This document shows positions 53,829 to 63,984 of a DNA stretch of 64,000 nucleotides, piece by piece (within the stretch, counting starts at the first letter, position 1; each line of letters starts with the position of its first letter). Below the pieces are notes generated by a model. It ran no database searches. It saw only the letters and a program-made list of their open reading frames with translations, and had not been told where the DNA came from. Position numbers and translations under genes: made by a program. Origin of the DNA: Armatimonadota bacterium (GTDB taxonomy: Bacteria > Armatimonadota > Fimbriimonadia > Fimbriimonadales > Fimbriimonadaceae). The DNA lies in contig JAFDWU010000001.1 in assembly GCA_018268315.1 (NCBI GenBank), forward strand, positions 567,295-631,294. The letters are read 5' to 3'.

Positions 53829-54473
53829 CTAGTTCGTTGCCGATTCCTGAGGCGTCGCCTCGTGAACATGATTCCTTGCCCTGCGCTTCAGCAGCCAACG
53901 AGCAATAAGCGCCACCAGCACCAGCAGCACCAGCCCGTCCACGATCTTGCCGTACTTCTCGACTTCCTTCCATCGCGAACCCAGGAAGAACCCGACCGCG
54001 GTCCAGGCGTAGCACCAAGGCAGCGAGCCGAGAAAGGCGTAGACCATAAAGCGCTTGAAATCCGCGCGGTAGATGCCTGCCGGGAAGCTGACCACGCTGC
54101 GCACAAACGGCACGAACCGACCCCAGAGCGTGAGGTTCAAACCGTACTTGTTGAACCACACCTCTGCGTGCGCGATCTCGGCTGGCCGCATCAGCAAGTA
54201 TCGACCGTACTTCTGAAGCCCTTGCGGCCCGAGCGCCGAACCGAGCTTGTAGCTTGCCGCCGAACCAACCAGGCAGCCAAGAGTCGCGGTTAGGGCGGCG
54301 GCGTGGAAATTAAGCTGATTCTCCTGCGCGAGAATTCCCGAGAAAATGCTGACGACCTCGCTAGGAATAGGAATATTGCAGCAACTGAGGGCGGTAAGAA
54401 AGATGATGCCGGGATAGCCCAGCGTCGAAATAACGTGCTCACACCATAGCTTGATCGCCTCGAGAATGCCCAC
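53829..54473 (-). CDS. DedA/VTT family membrane protein
   Basis: GYPGIIFLTALSCCNIPIPSEVV...WFNKYGLNLTLWGRFVPFVRSVVSFPAGI. GTG start. Confidence 0.85.
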   Translation of the reverse strand: MGILEAIKLWCEHVISTLGYPGIIFLTALSCCNIPIPSEVVSIFSGILAQENQLNFHAAALTATLGCLVGSAASYKLGSALGPQGLQKYGRYLLMRPAEIAHAEVWFNKYGLNLTLWGRFVPFVRSVVSFPAGIYRADFKRFMVYAFLGSLPWCYAWTAVGFFLGSRWKEVEKYGKIVDGLVLLVLVALIARWLLKRRARNHVHEATPQESATN

Positions 54474-54492
54474 TGAGGACCCATTATGACGG

Positions 54493-56055
54493 CTAGGGCA
54501 GCTTCTTAGCTAACGATTGAATTGCCGCGTCGCTTGGGAAAGCCTGGCGAAGCCGTGTGATAGCATCCAGCTCCACTTGTCGCCACGGCTCGTGCGGCGG
54601 CTTGGGCAGCTTGGCGGCAAAGCCAAGATGATGAGCGGCTTCAAAGTGCCGCTCCGCCCGCAGGTGTAGATCCGCCAGCAGGATGCGCGCCATCAGGAAG
54701 TCCTCGTGGCGGATGGCCTCATCCAGCAGGTGCACGGCATCCATTTCAAAGCCGAACTCCAGTAGCAGGCAAATGCAATCGGTGAAGTCCTCGTGGCTGA
54801 ACGCATTCAGCATCGGATGGCCCCCTTCGCCTTCGTAAACCGGCATGTTCAGGAAGGCTTCGGCCTTGAGCATCGGCTCCAACGGAGCGAGGAAATGGGC
54901 GTTCAACAGCTCGGGAACCTCTTCGTCCTCGGTTCCTGCCAAGCGCTTGGCCGCCGCCTTCGCCCACCAGAGGAGGGGGTCGTCGCCTTGGTACAGCAGC
55001 GCGGTTTCGAAGTGGGCATCTGCCTTCGACCAGTCTTGATCGCGGGCCGCCTCGATGCCCTGCAGGATCGCCGCCAAGCCTCGCAGATGGCCGTGCCGCG
55101 CCATCCGGCGCGGATCGATTTCGTGGACGTAATCCACTTTTGGAGCTGGCGTGGATTGGTTTTGAATCTCTTGCTTAGGGGCTTGTGCATCCTGCACCCA
55201 CTCAACCATCTGCTCGCCCTTCGAATTGATTTGCAGCGCTTTCGGTCTTAGCGCGCCCAGCGGAATTGTGCGCACGGTCTCCGGGCGCAGGTCGACTGCG
55301 GCTTCATGCTGTGCGCCATCGGCATCCAGAATTCGAACGGTAGCTTCGGGCAGCGAGCGGTGAGCCTGAATTCGCAGGGTGTCTTCCCTCATCGACATCG
55401 CCACTAATTCCCCAAAAGCCGCGGGCTCACTGATGCCTGAAACGGCGCGCAGGCTGAGGTTGAAAGAATCGACCTGCCTGGGGGCAAGCTGCCTCGAACC
55501 CGAATGGAACGCTATCTTCAATCCGTCAGCGACGGTCACGCGATCATACGGATTGCCAGAGCAATCCCAATGCAACCCGGCATCTCGCGACGGATCAAAG
55601 GCAAGAAAATCGTCGCCCGAACCTTCAATTAACAGGCCCTTAAAGCTTGGCAAGACCAGTTCGGGGATGTAAGAAACCGGTTCGAGCGTCCGGTTCAGAA
55701 CCCTGTATTCAAGTTCAAGCGAAGCCACACCCGGCAGTAACGAAAGCTGCAAGTGATAACTAATTCCCGCCCAGCGGACAAACACCCAGATCGCGCCGAA
55801 ATCACCTTCATCCTCTGGCGGACGCGAGCTAACCACCACCGAATCCAATGCAGTTTCACCAGCGGGAGTGAGCAGCAAGCCCTCCTCGTCGTGGAAAACA
55901 TCGATTCCCGTTCGCTTATCGGTCAGCCGGATGATCGCCCCGCTCCACGAGGCGACATGGACCCTCAGATATTCGTTCTCCAGAACCAGGGCGTCGTGCT
56001 GAGAGCCCGCCTCTGAGTTCGATGAAATTGTCTCGATGAAGACTTGAACGGGCAT
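54493..56055 (-). CDS. hypothetical protein, possibly a DUF5107-like beta-sandwich N-domain plus helical (TPR-like) C-domain
   Basis: 520-aa ORF. The N-terminus LENEYLRVHVASWSGAIIRLTDKRTGIDVF resembles mutarotase-like/DUF5107 openings. The C-terminal half is helical-repeat-like. The assignment is weak. Confidence 0.4.
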   Translation of the reverse strand: MPVQVFIETISSNSEAGSQHDALVLENEYLRVHVASWSGAIIRLTDKRTGIDVFHDEEGLLLTPAGETALDSVVVSSRPPEDEGDFGAIWVFVRWAGISYHLQLSLLPGVASLELEYRVLNRTLEPVSYIPELVLPSFKGLLIEGSGDDFLAFDPSRDAGLHWDCSGNPYDRVTVADGLKIAFHSGSRQLAPRQVDSFNLSLRAVSGISEPAAFGELVAMSMREDTLRIQAHRSLPEATVRILDADGAQHEAAVDLRPETVRTIPLGALRPKALQINSKGEQMVEWVQDAQAPKQEIQNQSTPAPKVDYVHEIDPRRMARHGHLRGLAAILQGIEAARDQDWSKADAHFETALLYQGDDPLLWWAKAAAKRLAGTEDEEVPELLNAHFLAPLEPMLKAEAFLNMPVYEGEGGHPMLNAFSHEDFTDCICLLLEFGFEMDAVHLLDEAIRHEDFLMARILLADLHLRAERHFEAAHHLGFAAKLPKPPHEPWRQVELDAITRLRQAFPSDAAIQSLAKKLP

Positions 56056-56099
56056 GGGACCGCCGACGAGGTTACCTACAAAGGGGTTAAAATCATTCT

Positions 56100-56372
56100 A
56101 TGGATCGGCGACTCTCCCCGCTTGGGATATTCCTCAAGTGGCTTGTCGCGCCCGCCGTCCTTGGCCTGCTCGGCTATTTCCTCCTTGGCCCCGCCATCGT
56201 CCACCGCTATGCGCCGGATAGCGACGATAAGCCTTTCAAGCAAGCAAACCCAGATAACGAACCCGATAACGGTTCCCACAAATCAAGCGCCAGCGTTGCC
56301 CGCCGAAGGGGTGCACCGCGCCATAACCGAGCAGCGCCACCGACGCCCCTAAGCGACGACAACCCCGGCTAA
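56100..56372 (+). CDS. possible small membrane protein (90 aa)
   Basis: One TM segment (LGIFLKWLVAPAVLGLLGYFLLGPAI) followed by a disordered tail. 4-nt convergent overlap with tatD. No homolog recognised. Confidence 0.3.
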   Translation: MDRRLSPLGIFLKWLVAPAVLGLLGYFLLGPAIVHRYAPDSDDKPFKQANPDNEPDNGSHKSSASVARRRGAPRHNRAAPPTPLSDDNPG

Positions 56373-57130
56373 ATTCCGAAGAAGCGCCTCGCGTTTTCAG
56401 TCGTGAGCCTCGCGCTTTCCTCTTTGCGAATTCCCAGCGCCTGCGCCAATCCCTCGTTCGTGTGGACCAAATACGCAGGCTGGTTGGGCTTGCCGCGATA
56501 CGGCTGCGGAGGCAGAAACGGGCTATCGGTCTCAAGCAGAATCCGGTCCCTAGGCAGGCTGCGAATTACTTCGCGAAGCTCATCTGCCTTCGGGTAAGTG
56601 ATCGGCCCATCGACCCCGAAATAGGCATCCATCGCCATCGCGCGGCGAGCGTCTTCAACAGACCCCGCAAAGCAGTGGAATAAATACGGCAGCGTCGGGC
56701 GCTTTTCAAGAAGATCGAGCAGATCCGGATACGCCTCCCGGCAGTGAAACACCACCGGCTTGCCGCGCTCGGCGGCGATATCCAGTTGATCAAGGGTGGA
56801 GGCGCGCATGTTCTCCGCCGGCACCTCCTTGTGCTTGTAATCCAAACCGATCTCGCCCAGAGCAACTACCTTCGGATGGTCCAGCAGTGCCTCGACCGGC
56901 CGCAGATGGTCTCGGTGGTAATCCACTGCGTAATTCGGATGCAGGCCGACGATGGCATAAACCCCTTCGTTCTCTTCCGCAAGCCTCACCGCATGCTGAC
57001 TGCTCTCACCGTTCAGCCCGACCACCAGCATCGTGCTTACCCCCGCCGCCTGCGCCAGCCGCACGGTAGCAGGCACATCGGGAAAGGCATCTCCGTAGTT
57101 CAGGTGGCAGTGGGTGTCGATCAATTCCAC
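56369..57130 (-). CDS. tatD: TatD family metal-dependent hydrolase/DNase
   Basis: ELIDTHCHLNY...GEIGLDY...VVFHCREA...LETDSPFL. GTG start. Confidence 0.9.
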   Translation of the reverse strand: MELIDTHCHLNYGDAFPDVPATVRLAQAAGVSTMLVVGLNGESSQHAVRLAEENEGVYAIVGLHPNYAVDYHRDHLRPVEALLDHPKVVALGEIGLDYKHKEVPAENMRASTLDQLDIAAERGKPVVFHCREAYPDLLDLLEKRPTLPYLFHCFAGSVEDARRAMAMDAYFGVDGPITYPKADELREVIRSLPRDRILLETDSPFLPPQPYRGKPNQPAYLVHTNEGLAQALGIRKEESARLTTENARRFFGI

Positions 57131-57162
57131 AGAACGAGGAGGTTACCAGCGCCTGGTATGCG

Positions 57163-57900
57163 GTGCCATGTAAACCATGTCCATGGGTCTTTCTGAAACT
57201 CCGTTACACTGTAGTTATGAAAGCCACGGATGCCGTGAGCGCGAAGATGATCGAGGTGACCGTCCGAAGGTCGGTCGCGTCGCGCTTTCATGGGGTCTAC
57301 TGGCAGCCTCCGAAGGAGGAAATCCAGAGGCCGGCGATCTTCGTGCCCAATCACCACGGCTGGTTTGATGGCTACATCATGTACCTCGCGCTTCACCAGC
57401 TAGGTATCCCCACCGTTAGCTGGATTCAAGAGTTTGAGGCGTTCCCGATCTTCGTCCGCGCCGGGGGACTTCCATTCCCGCTTGAAAGCGCCTCCCAGCG
57501 GGCCGCCACCATCCGCAAGACGGTGCGCTTAATGCTCACCGAGCGTTGCAGCCTCCTCCTCTTCGCTGAGGGAGTAGTCCACTATCCGCCGGACTTGCTC
57601 CCATTCAACGGAGCGCTTGAGTTCATGGCGAATCGAATTCCAGGCGTGCAGGTCATTCCCGTCGGAATCCACTACGAACTCGCGCCTCACGAGCGACCCG
57701 AAGCCTTTGTAACGTTCGGTAGCCCGCTGGAACCTGGCGAAGATATCGCCGAGCAGACAAGAACCGCAGTTGGCGCGCTGCTTAAGAAGACTCGTCGCAC
57801 GGTGCGAGAGTCCTTCAGCGATTTCGAGCACCTGGTTGAGGGGACGCCGGACGGAAACGAGAAGCAGAACCTGCGAAGGCACTTCCGCTGGCGTCATTAG
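57163..57900 (+). CDS. lysophospholipid (1-acyl-sn-glycerol-3-phosphate) acyltransferase family protein
   Basis: HxxxxD motif NHHGWFDG and a later FAEG block. The start is GTG 57163 or ATG 57217 (MKATDAV...). Confidence 0.7.
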   Translation: MPCKPCPWVFLKLRYTVVMKATDAVSAKMIEVTVRRSVASRFHGVYWQPPKEEIQRPAIFVPNHHGWFDGYIMYLALHQLGIPTVSWIQEFEAFPIFVRAGGLPFPLESASQRAATIRKTVRLMLTERCSLLLFAEGVVHYPPDLLPFNGALEFMANRIPGVQVIPVGIHYELAPHERPEAFVTFGSPLEPGEDIAEQTRTAVGALLKKTRRTVRESFSDFEHLVEGTPDGNEKQNLRRHFRWRH

Positions 57901-57906
57901 AGGGAT

Positions 57907-57982
57907 TGGCGCCCCGAGCGGGATTCGAACCCACGACCTCCCGCTTAGAAGGCGGATGCTCTATCCACTGAGCTATCGGGGC
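57907..57982 (-). tRNA. tRNA-Arg (anticodon TCT), 76 nt with genomically encoded CCA
   Basis: The minus strand reads GCCCCGATAGCTCAGTGGATAGAGCATCCGCCTTCTAAGCGGGAGGTCGTGGGTTCGAATCCCGCTCGGGGCGCCA. It folds as a 7-bp acceptor, GCTC/GAGC D-stem, anticodon loop CTTCTAA, and T-loop TTCGAAT. Confidence 0.93.
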
Positions 57983-58076
57983 GGGACGCCAAAGATTAAA
58001 GATACCGCTTATGGAATTCAGCGAATGCCGACCTGCCCACTTGACGTCTAAGTGGATACAGCGAGGTAACAATTCC

Positions 58077-59285
58077 ATGATTCTCTTACCGCTCCTTGCA
58101 TTGTTTGCTTGCAGCAGCCACGTTCAATCCTACAGCGAAGTCCCAATGAGTTCCAACGCCATCGCGATGGGCCTTGGCACCAATCCCGCCTTTCCGAAAG
58201 GCCAGCCCGCAGAGCCCTATTACGATGAGCTAGGCGAAGACTCTGCCTTCCACTACTGGCGGCTCGAACTTAGCAACGCCTACAACAATCGCAGGGCGGG
58301 TTCCTACGCCGCCAAGTACGGCGTGAAGCTGGTGATGCTGTTCACGGAGAGGCAATCGCCGGAGCAGATCGTGCAGGCGGTGAAGGAATGCAACGAAGGA
58401 GCAAGAGAGCAGGTTGTTGAATTCGTTGAAGCCCCGAATGAGCCGTTCGTAGGAAGCCACACCCCGGAGCGGGTGGGAGCGATTCAGGATATGGTCGCCC
58501 GAGCCCGCGAAGCGTTGCGAAGCGACCCCGCTACCGCGAATGTGAAGATGATTGGCCCGGTGGTTTCTCCTTCCACAAACCCCGACCTGGAGCCGGAGCC
58601 TGGCTTTCCGGACGTCTGCGATTTTGGCGGTGTACATGTCGGGCTGGCCTCCCGCGAACCCGTCGCTTTTAAGATTCATCCCGCCGTCCGCTACATCCGG
58701 CGAGCCTACGAGGGTCACCCAATTGCCGCCACCGAGTTCAGCGTTTCGACCGGCGAAGGCATGAGCGAGGAAGCTCAGGCTGCCTATGTCCCCCGCTTGT
58801 GGATGGAAACCATCAACTGGATGAAGGGCTTTCCGCCACCCTATCTTTGCTTAAACTACATGCATCAGAACAAGCCGTGGGCAGGCACGGCTTGGGAAGC
58901 TGAGTTTGGCATCCGGAGGGCAGATTCAAGCAAGCGTCCAGCCTGGTACAGCCTTGTTGCCCTGCACGATGCACTGAAGGGCGGCCATTCTAGAAACCAT
59001 GAACAGGTCCCGTTTGAGATCACGGGGCCATCGGATATTAAGCACATCCTGGTAGACCGCGGTGACCGCTTGATGCTCGTGCTGTGGCGCAGTGCGCCCT
59101 ATGATTCACGCCCCGAATCCGTGACGCTTCGGGTTCCATCGCATTCAGTAGCCGCAGCTCATGAACTGCAGACACGTTCGGATGGCGATGAAGGCGATTG
59201 GAGGAACCTGGAGGTCAGTTCAGACCAAGGGGCGTCGACCTTCGATCTGGGCGGCAAAATCGTAATTGTTGAGCTTGGCTCCTAA
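58077..59285 (+). CDS. putative lipoprotein glycoside hydrolase (clan GH-A-like TIM barrel)
   Basis: Start chosen at MILLPLLALFAC (lipobox LFAC). VEFVEAPNEPF contains the NEP acid/base motif typical of GH-A enzymes. The family is not identified. Confidence 0.5.
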   Translation: MILLPLLALFACSSHVQSYSEVPMSSNAIAMGLGTNPAFPKGQPAEPYYDELGEDSAFHYWRLELSNAYNNRRAGSYAAKYGVKLVMLFTERQSPEQIVQAVKECNEGAREQVVEFVEAPNEPFVGSHTPERVGAIQDMVARAREALRSDPATANVKMIGPVVSPSTNPDLEPEPGFPDVCDFGGVHVGLASREPVAFKIHPAVRYIRRAYEGHPIAATEFSVSTGEGMSEEAQAAYVPRLWMETINWMKGFPPPYLCLNYMHQNKPWAGTAWEAEFGIRRADSSKRPAWYSLVALHDALKGGHSRNHEQVPFEITGPSDIKHILVDRGDRLMLVLWRSAPYDSRPESVTLRVPSHSVAAAHELQTRSDGDEGDWRNLEVSSDQGASTFDLGGKIVIVELGS

Positions 59286-60673
59286 GTCGGGGCTTTCGGC
59301 TCCATCTGCCGTAGCGGCGTAAGTACTCGCCGGTTGGGCATCGTCTGCCCCTGCTGGTTGCCGTACAGGTCGTAAGGCTCGGCCGTGGTGACCTCTACCT
59401 TGGCGATCTCGCCCGGGCTGCTGGTGCCTTTGAAGACTACATAACCGTCGATTTCCGGCGCGTCGCGGAAAGAGCGCCCAATTCGCCAGCCTTCTCGCAC
59501 TTCCTCAACCAACACATCCAGCGATTGGCCTACCCACCCCTGGTTCTTGGCAAGTGAAATCTTAGCCTGAGTCTTCATCAGGCGATCAAAGCGCTTGGCT
59601 TTCGTTTGCGCTGAAACCTGGTCCGGCATATCGTAGCTCGGGGTCCCCGGCTCTCGGCTGAACTGGAACGCGCCGACTCTATCTAGCTGGGCCTCTTTTA
59701 CAAAGTCAATAAGCGACTGAAACTCCTCATCGGTCTCACCTGGAAAGCCGACGATGAACGTGGTTCTTATCGCTACCGAAGGCATCGCCGTACGAACCTT
59801 CTCAAACAGCTTCAAATACCGCTCTCCGTCCCACGGGCGCTTCATTCGCCGCAGAACATCAGGGTGGGAATGTTGGAGGGGGATATCGATGTAAGGAAGC
59901 ACTTTCGGCAACGTTGCCATTGCCTCGATCACTTCATCCGTAAGCCGGTTCGGATAGAAGTACAGCAGTCGCACCCACTCGATGCCGTCCACCTCGTTAA
60001 GCTGCCTCAGCAATTTCGGAAGCGTGAATTCTTTGTACAGGTCGTAGCCGTACTGGGTGATGTCCTGGCCAATCAAGTTCAGCTCTTTCGCGCCGGTTCT
60101 CGCCAGGAACCTTGCTTCTTCCAGCACGCGCCCGATCGGCTTGCTGTCGTGCTTGCCGCGGAAGCTGGGGATGGTGCAGAACGTGCATTGGTGGTCACAG
60201 CCTTCGCTGATCTTCAGGTAGGCCGACCACGGCTTGCCGGTTCGCGCACGTGTGGAGACATCCGCCCACAGGTGGGAAGGCTCCTTCACGTCAAGAATCT
60301 GCTCTTTTGAATTGGTCGTGAGAGCGACGATCTCCGCAAACCGACCCATCTGCCCCACGCCGATGTAGGCATCCGCCCCCGGAGCAAGCCTTGCCAAGTC
60401 TGCGCCCAGGCGCTGCGCGAGGCACCCCGCGACGATCACCTTGCCAGTCCGCCCCTTTTGCCGATCCTTGACGGCTTGCTTGATCGCTTCAATCGATTCT
60501 TGCTTGCTTGATTCTAAGAACCCGCACGTGTTGATAACCGTTACGTCCGGGTTGCGGGCGCTGCCATCCACTCCATAGCCCGCCTCGCGAAGAACGCCGG
60601 CGATCTCTTCGGAATCGACCTCGTTCTTGGCACAGCCAAGGGTCACGATTCTCACGTTGGGATTGGAGGACAC
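59282..60673 (-). CDS. rimO: ribosomal protein S12 methylthiotransferase (radical SAM MTTase)
   Basis: RIVTLGCAKNEVDSEE, radical-SAM CDHQCTFCTIP, and a C-terminal TRAM domain. The RimO versus MiaB call is based on the N-terminal TLGCxKNxVDSE signature. Confidence 0.85.
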   Translation of the reverse strand: MSSNPNVRIVTLGCAKNEVDSEEIAGVLREAGYGVDGSARNPDVTVINTCGFLESSKQESIEAIKQAVKDRQKGRTGKVIVAGCLAQRLGADLARLAPGADAYIGVGQMGRFAEIVALTTNSKEQILDVKEPSHLWADVSTRARTGKPWSAYLKISEGCDHQCTFCTIPSFRGKHDSKPIGRVLEEARFLARTGAKELNLIGQDITQYGYDLYKEFTLPKLLRQLNEVDGIEWVRLLYFYPNRLTDEVIEAMATLPKVLPYIDIPLQHSHPDVLRRMKRPWDGERYLKLFEKVRTAMPSVAIRTTFIVGFPGETDEEFQSLIDFVKEAQLDRVGAFQFSREPGTPSYDMPDQVSAQTKAKRFDRLMKTQAKISLAKNQGWVGQSLDVLVEEVREGWRIGRSFRDAPEIDGYVVFKGTSSPGEIAKVEVTTAEPYDLYGNQQGQTMPNRRVLTPLRQMEPKAPT

Positions 60674-60694
60674 GGCTAAATTATGACCGCTGCC

Positions 60695-61570
60695 CTAGTA
60701 GCCGGTCGGTGACCAGAGGTAACGGGAGGCGTCTCGGATAAGGCCGCTCCATCCGGTGTCCACATTGCAGCCGTCCGAAAGATTGAAAGTCGTCGCCGTA
60801 GATGCATGACCGTCAACCCGCATGATCGTCATCTTCGTGTTGTGGAAAGGCCACGCAAGGCCAAACTCAAATGGTGAGTTAGGCGTTTCATCCCAACCCG
60901 CATGAGCGGCATACACCGTCACTGGATCGTTCGGAACGACTAATCCCGTGAACGTGTCCACCTTGCCCTGTAGGGTCCCGGCGAGCCGGCACGGCGGGAT
61001 GACCAGATAAGAGCCGCCTCCAACAGGCGAGCCGGCCGCGTCGCGACCATAAACCGTGTCCACATAGAGCAGCGTGTGATCACCGATTTCAGAAAGAGAC
61101 TTCGACTGCACTTCCCAAGTGTTGGAAGGAGTTTTGATCGGCGTCGCCAGATAAAGATAGTTGTAACCGATGTTCGAACGCATCGAAGCCTGATAGTACT
61201 GGGAAGCGGTATCGCCAGGAACCAAATCCTCGTCGAACGTCGCTTCGGCGGCGGGCCTTGGGCCGTAGTCGGCAGGATCGTTGAACACCCGGAAAGACTT
61301 CAGGTAGGGGAATACCAACTGAACCCACGTGCGGTCTATGCGCGAGTTCGTGATGTTCATGTCGTAATCAGGCGGCGGGAACCGGTCATCGTAATCACTC
61401 AGGTAGAGCATCATCGCGACCTGAGCCTGACGGTGATTTGAGATGCAGACCGATTTCTTAGCTTCACCGCGCACAGAAGCAAACACCGGCAGCATGATCG
61501 CAGCCAGGATGGCGATGATAATGGTCACCACCAAAAGCTCAATTATCGTAAACGCACGACGTTTGGACAT
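60695..61570 (-). CDS. prepilin-type N-terminal cleavage/methylation domain protein of the H-X9-DG (DUF1559-like) class
   Basis: MSKRRAFTIIELLVVTIIIAILAAIMLPVF. C-terminal FHNTKMTIMRVDGH contains H-X9-DG. Confidence 0.85.
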   Translation of the reverse strand: MSKRRAFTIIELLVVTIIIAILAAIMLPVFASVRGEAKKSVCISNHRQAQVAMMLYLSDYDDRFPPPDYDMNITNSRIDRTWVQLVFPYLKSFRVFNDPADYGPRPAAEATFDEDLVPGDTASQYYQASMRSNIGYNYLYLATPIKTPSNTWEVQSKSLSEIGDHTLLYVDTVYGRDAAGSPVGGGSYLVIPPCRLAGTLQGKVDTFTGLVVPNDPVTVYAAHAGWDETPNSPFEFGLAWPFHNTKMTIMRVDGHASTATTFNLSDGCNVDTGWSGLIRDASRYLWSPTGY

Positions 61571-61645
61571 TAATATGTCAGTGCCGTTATTATAGCAACG
61601 GTGGAGAGAATACAGAAATAATTCCAGCTTTTGAACCTAAACATT

Positions 61646-62848
61646 CTAGATGACGATGCTCCATAGCAAGCCGAGAACCGTTCTTTGAGAGCCAATGGCT
61701 ACGCCCACCGACACTCCGCGATCCACGCCCTTGCCAAAGTAGAACTTCGGTCCGCGCGGCGTCACAAGCAAAGTTCCAAAGACATCGGTTACTGTGCGCG
61801 GACGGAATATATCCAGGCCTGCGCCAACATCAAATTGGCCGCTGCTATCAAAAATCGCTCCGAGCCTAATCGTCGGCGCGAGAATTTCGCGGGGTGGCTC
61901 GTAAGGCTTGCCTTCCAGGGTCGACTGAAAATACTTCCCTACCTCTCTGAACAACTGGGGTTGAACAAAGATTCCCCCGTAATGCCCCGTGTCGATCCAC
62001 AGCTTCTTTGCGGACGGCTCCAGATCCATCAGATTCTGGGTGCTTTCGGTTGGCACAACCGTGTCGTACCTGGCGCCGACAATGAACAGGTTCCCTTCTT
62101 TACGTTGCGTGATGTAGGTTGAAGGTTCTACATCCTTGAGTACAGCGGCCAGCGATTCCTCCGTAAAGCCTAGCCTTCGCAGTTCAGCCCTTTGGTTCAC
62201 CACTCGAGAGCTGCGCCAAATAATCTTGGCAAGGTCAACTCCACCCAGCAAGATCGCCGCGCTCTTAACATTCGGCTCGATCGCGTAAACGGATGTTGCG
62301 ATGACCGCGCCGAGGCTGATGCCCGCGATGCCCAGCGATTTACCGCTAATCTCCGGACGGCGGCCCAATATCTCTAAAGCGCGCCGCGCGTCGTAAACCG
62401 CCTGGATCATCGTTAACCGCAGCAGATCAGGATCGGGTCGGATTGCCAACTCCCCGCTTTTCGTGCCCGCCGGGGCCCGCTTAAGGTGATAAGGTAATTC
62501 CAGGATGGCGCTGGCTATACCGCGCTTGGCGAGCTCGTTGGCGAGCGCCCGCTCAATTCGAAGGTCGGAGGCCCCCCAGTAGTGCAGAATCAGAACCGCG
62601 TCAGTTGGACCGGTAGCTCCTTTCGGCAGGAAGAGGTGGAGGGGAACCTGATCGTTGTCGGGAACCCCGGTGGTCAGAGCCGATGGGAATGTGGTGATCT
62701 CCTCGCGGTAGGCGCTGGTCTCGGAGACTTGCTGATACACCGCTTCCGGAGCAGAAGGCGGCTTGATCTCAATCGGCTTAGGTTCCTGCTGCGCCAGACC
62801 CGAAACACTGAGGGCAAAGCAGAGCAGCAAGGTAAATTGCTTGACCAT
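61646..62848 (-). CDS. exported alpha/beta hydrolase (dienelactone-hydrolase/S9-like)
   Basis: Signal peptide. ILHYWGA, nucleophile elbow GISLG, DTGHYG. Confidence 0.7.
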   Translation of the reverse strand: MVKQFTLLLCFALSVSGLAQQEPKPIEIKPPSAPEAVYQQVSETSAYREEITTFPSALTTGVPDNDQVPLHLFLPKGATGPTDAVLILHYWGASDLRIERALANELAKRGIASAILELPYHLKRAPAGTKSGELAIRPDPDLLRLTMIQAVYDARRALEILGRRPEISGKSLGIAGISLGAVIATSVYAIEPNVKSAAILLGGVDLAKIIWRSSRVVNQRAELRRLGFTEESLAAVLKDVEPSTYITQRKEGNLFIVGARYDTVVPTESTQNLMDLEPSAKKLWIDTGHYGGIFVQPQLFREVGKYFQSTLEGKPYEPPREILAPTIRLGAIFDSSGQFDVGAGLDIFRPRTVTDVFGTLLVTPRGPKFYFGKGVDRGVSVGVAIGSQRTVLGLLWSIVI

Positions 62849-62872
62849 TGGTTATTCCAATAATGGACGCCC

Positions 62873-63631
62873 ATGCCCTTCAAACTGTACGTGCTCGATC
62901 TTGACGGAACTCTCTTTAGGGGCCGGACTCCCCTTCCATACGCCGTCGAGGTTGTGAATGAACTGGTCGCCAAAGGCGCGCGCATCGCTTACGTAACAAA
63001 CAACTCCGGCATGACACCGTCAGCCATCGGCAACAAGCTGGAGGCGATGGGCTTTCCGGTTCGCGACCAAATCGTTTTGAATAGCGGGTTTGGGGCGGCG
63101 CGATACCTAGCCGCCCAGGGAATTGCAACGGCTTTTGTAGTTGGGGAGCCGGGCTTGCACGAAACGATGACCTCGAATGGGGTTAAACCCGTCGGCGTTT
63201 CCGAGAAATTTACGAGCCAGGCCGTAGTGGCGGGCATCTATCGCAGCCTGGATTTCGCGGTCCTCTCCGCTGCTGCCGACCTCATCCGTTCCGGTGTGCC
63301 CTTCATCGCGACCAACACCGACGCCACCTATCCCATCGAAAACGGCGGCCTCATTCCGGGAGCGGGCGCAGTGATCGCGTACCTGGAAAGGGCTTCCGGC
63401 AAAACGGCGACGGTCATCGGTAAGCCAGAGCCGATTCTCATTGAGGAGGCGATGCGCCAAGCTAAAGCCACGCCGGCGGAGACGCTGGTGGTGGGAGACC
63501 GATACGAAACCGACATCGAAAGCGGCTCGAGGGCAGGATGCGCAACCCACCTCGTGCTCACCGGGGTAACCCAGACGCCACCAAAGGGGATTGATTTCAG
63601 CGAGGATTTGCGCGGGCTGCTGAACCGTTAG
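62873..63631 (+). CDS. HAD-IIA family hydrolase (NagD-like)
   Basis: YVLDLDGTLFRG (DxDGT), VTNNS, VGDRYETDI. Confidence 0.88.
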   Translation: MPFKLYVLDLDGTLFRGRTPLPYAVEVVNELVAKGARIAYVTNNSGMTPSAIGNKLEAMGFPVRDQIVLNSGFGAARYLAAQGIATAFVVGEPGLHETMTSNGVKPVGVSEKFTSQAVVAGIYRSLDFAVLSAAADLIRSGVPFIATNTDATYPIENGGLIPGAGAVIAYLERASGKTATVIGKPEPILIEEAMRQAKATPAETLVVGDRYETDIESGSRAGCATHLVLTGVTQTPPKGIDFSEDLRGLLNR

Positions 63632-63984
63632 GAGCCGTGCCGCAATTCTTCGTCGGCTTGCCGATATGCCTGAAGCTCGTTGATCGTGCCTTCCAGCTGC
63701 GTGCGAACATTTGTTTGTTTCTGGGTGGGAAGCTCCGCCTCGCTTGTTCTCTGAATCGTGTTCAGCTCATCGTTCAGCCGCGCAAGTTGGTGGCAAAGTT
63801 CGGTCAGCCGCCCGGTGGCGGGATGGATAACCTCGGCGCCGCGCTTTTGAAGTCCCAGCTTGTCGAGCACGTCATCGACCACAAAACGCCACTCGGAGCG
63901 CGAATTTTCCGGAAGCGTTGGCGCAAGCAAGTCCATGATCTCAAGCGCGGCTGCATTTAACGCCGCCCTCGACGGCACGCTCAA
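63628..63984 (-). CDS. hypothetical helical protein (118 aa)
   Basis: ORF with a TTG start near the window edge. The sequence is coiled-coil-like. No homolog recognised. Confidence 0.3.
   Translation of the reverse strand: MSVPSRAALNAAALEIMDLLAPTLPENSRSEWRFVVDDVLDKLGLQKRGAEVIHPATGRLTELCHQLARLNDELNTIQRTSEAELPTQKQTNVRTQLEGTINELQAYRQADEELRHGS

Noticed and set aside
57907-57982. tRNA-Arg(TCT) as a possible genomic-island integration site.
   Set aside because: There is no integrase, excisionase or phage gene on either side. I saw no direct repeat of the tRNA 3' end in the flanks. The neighbours are ordinary metabolic or envelope genes.
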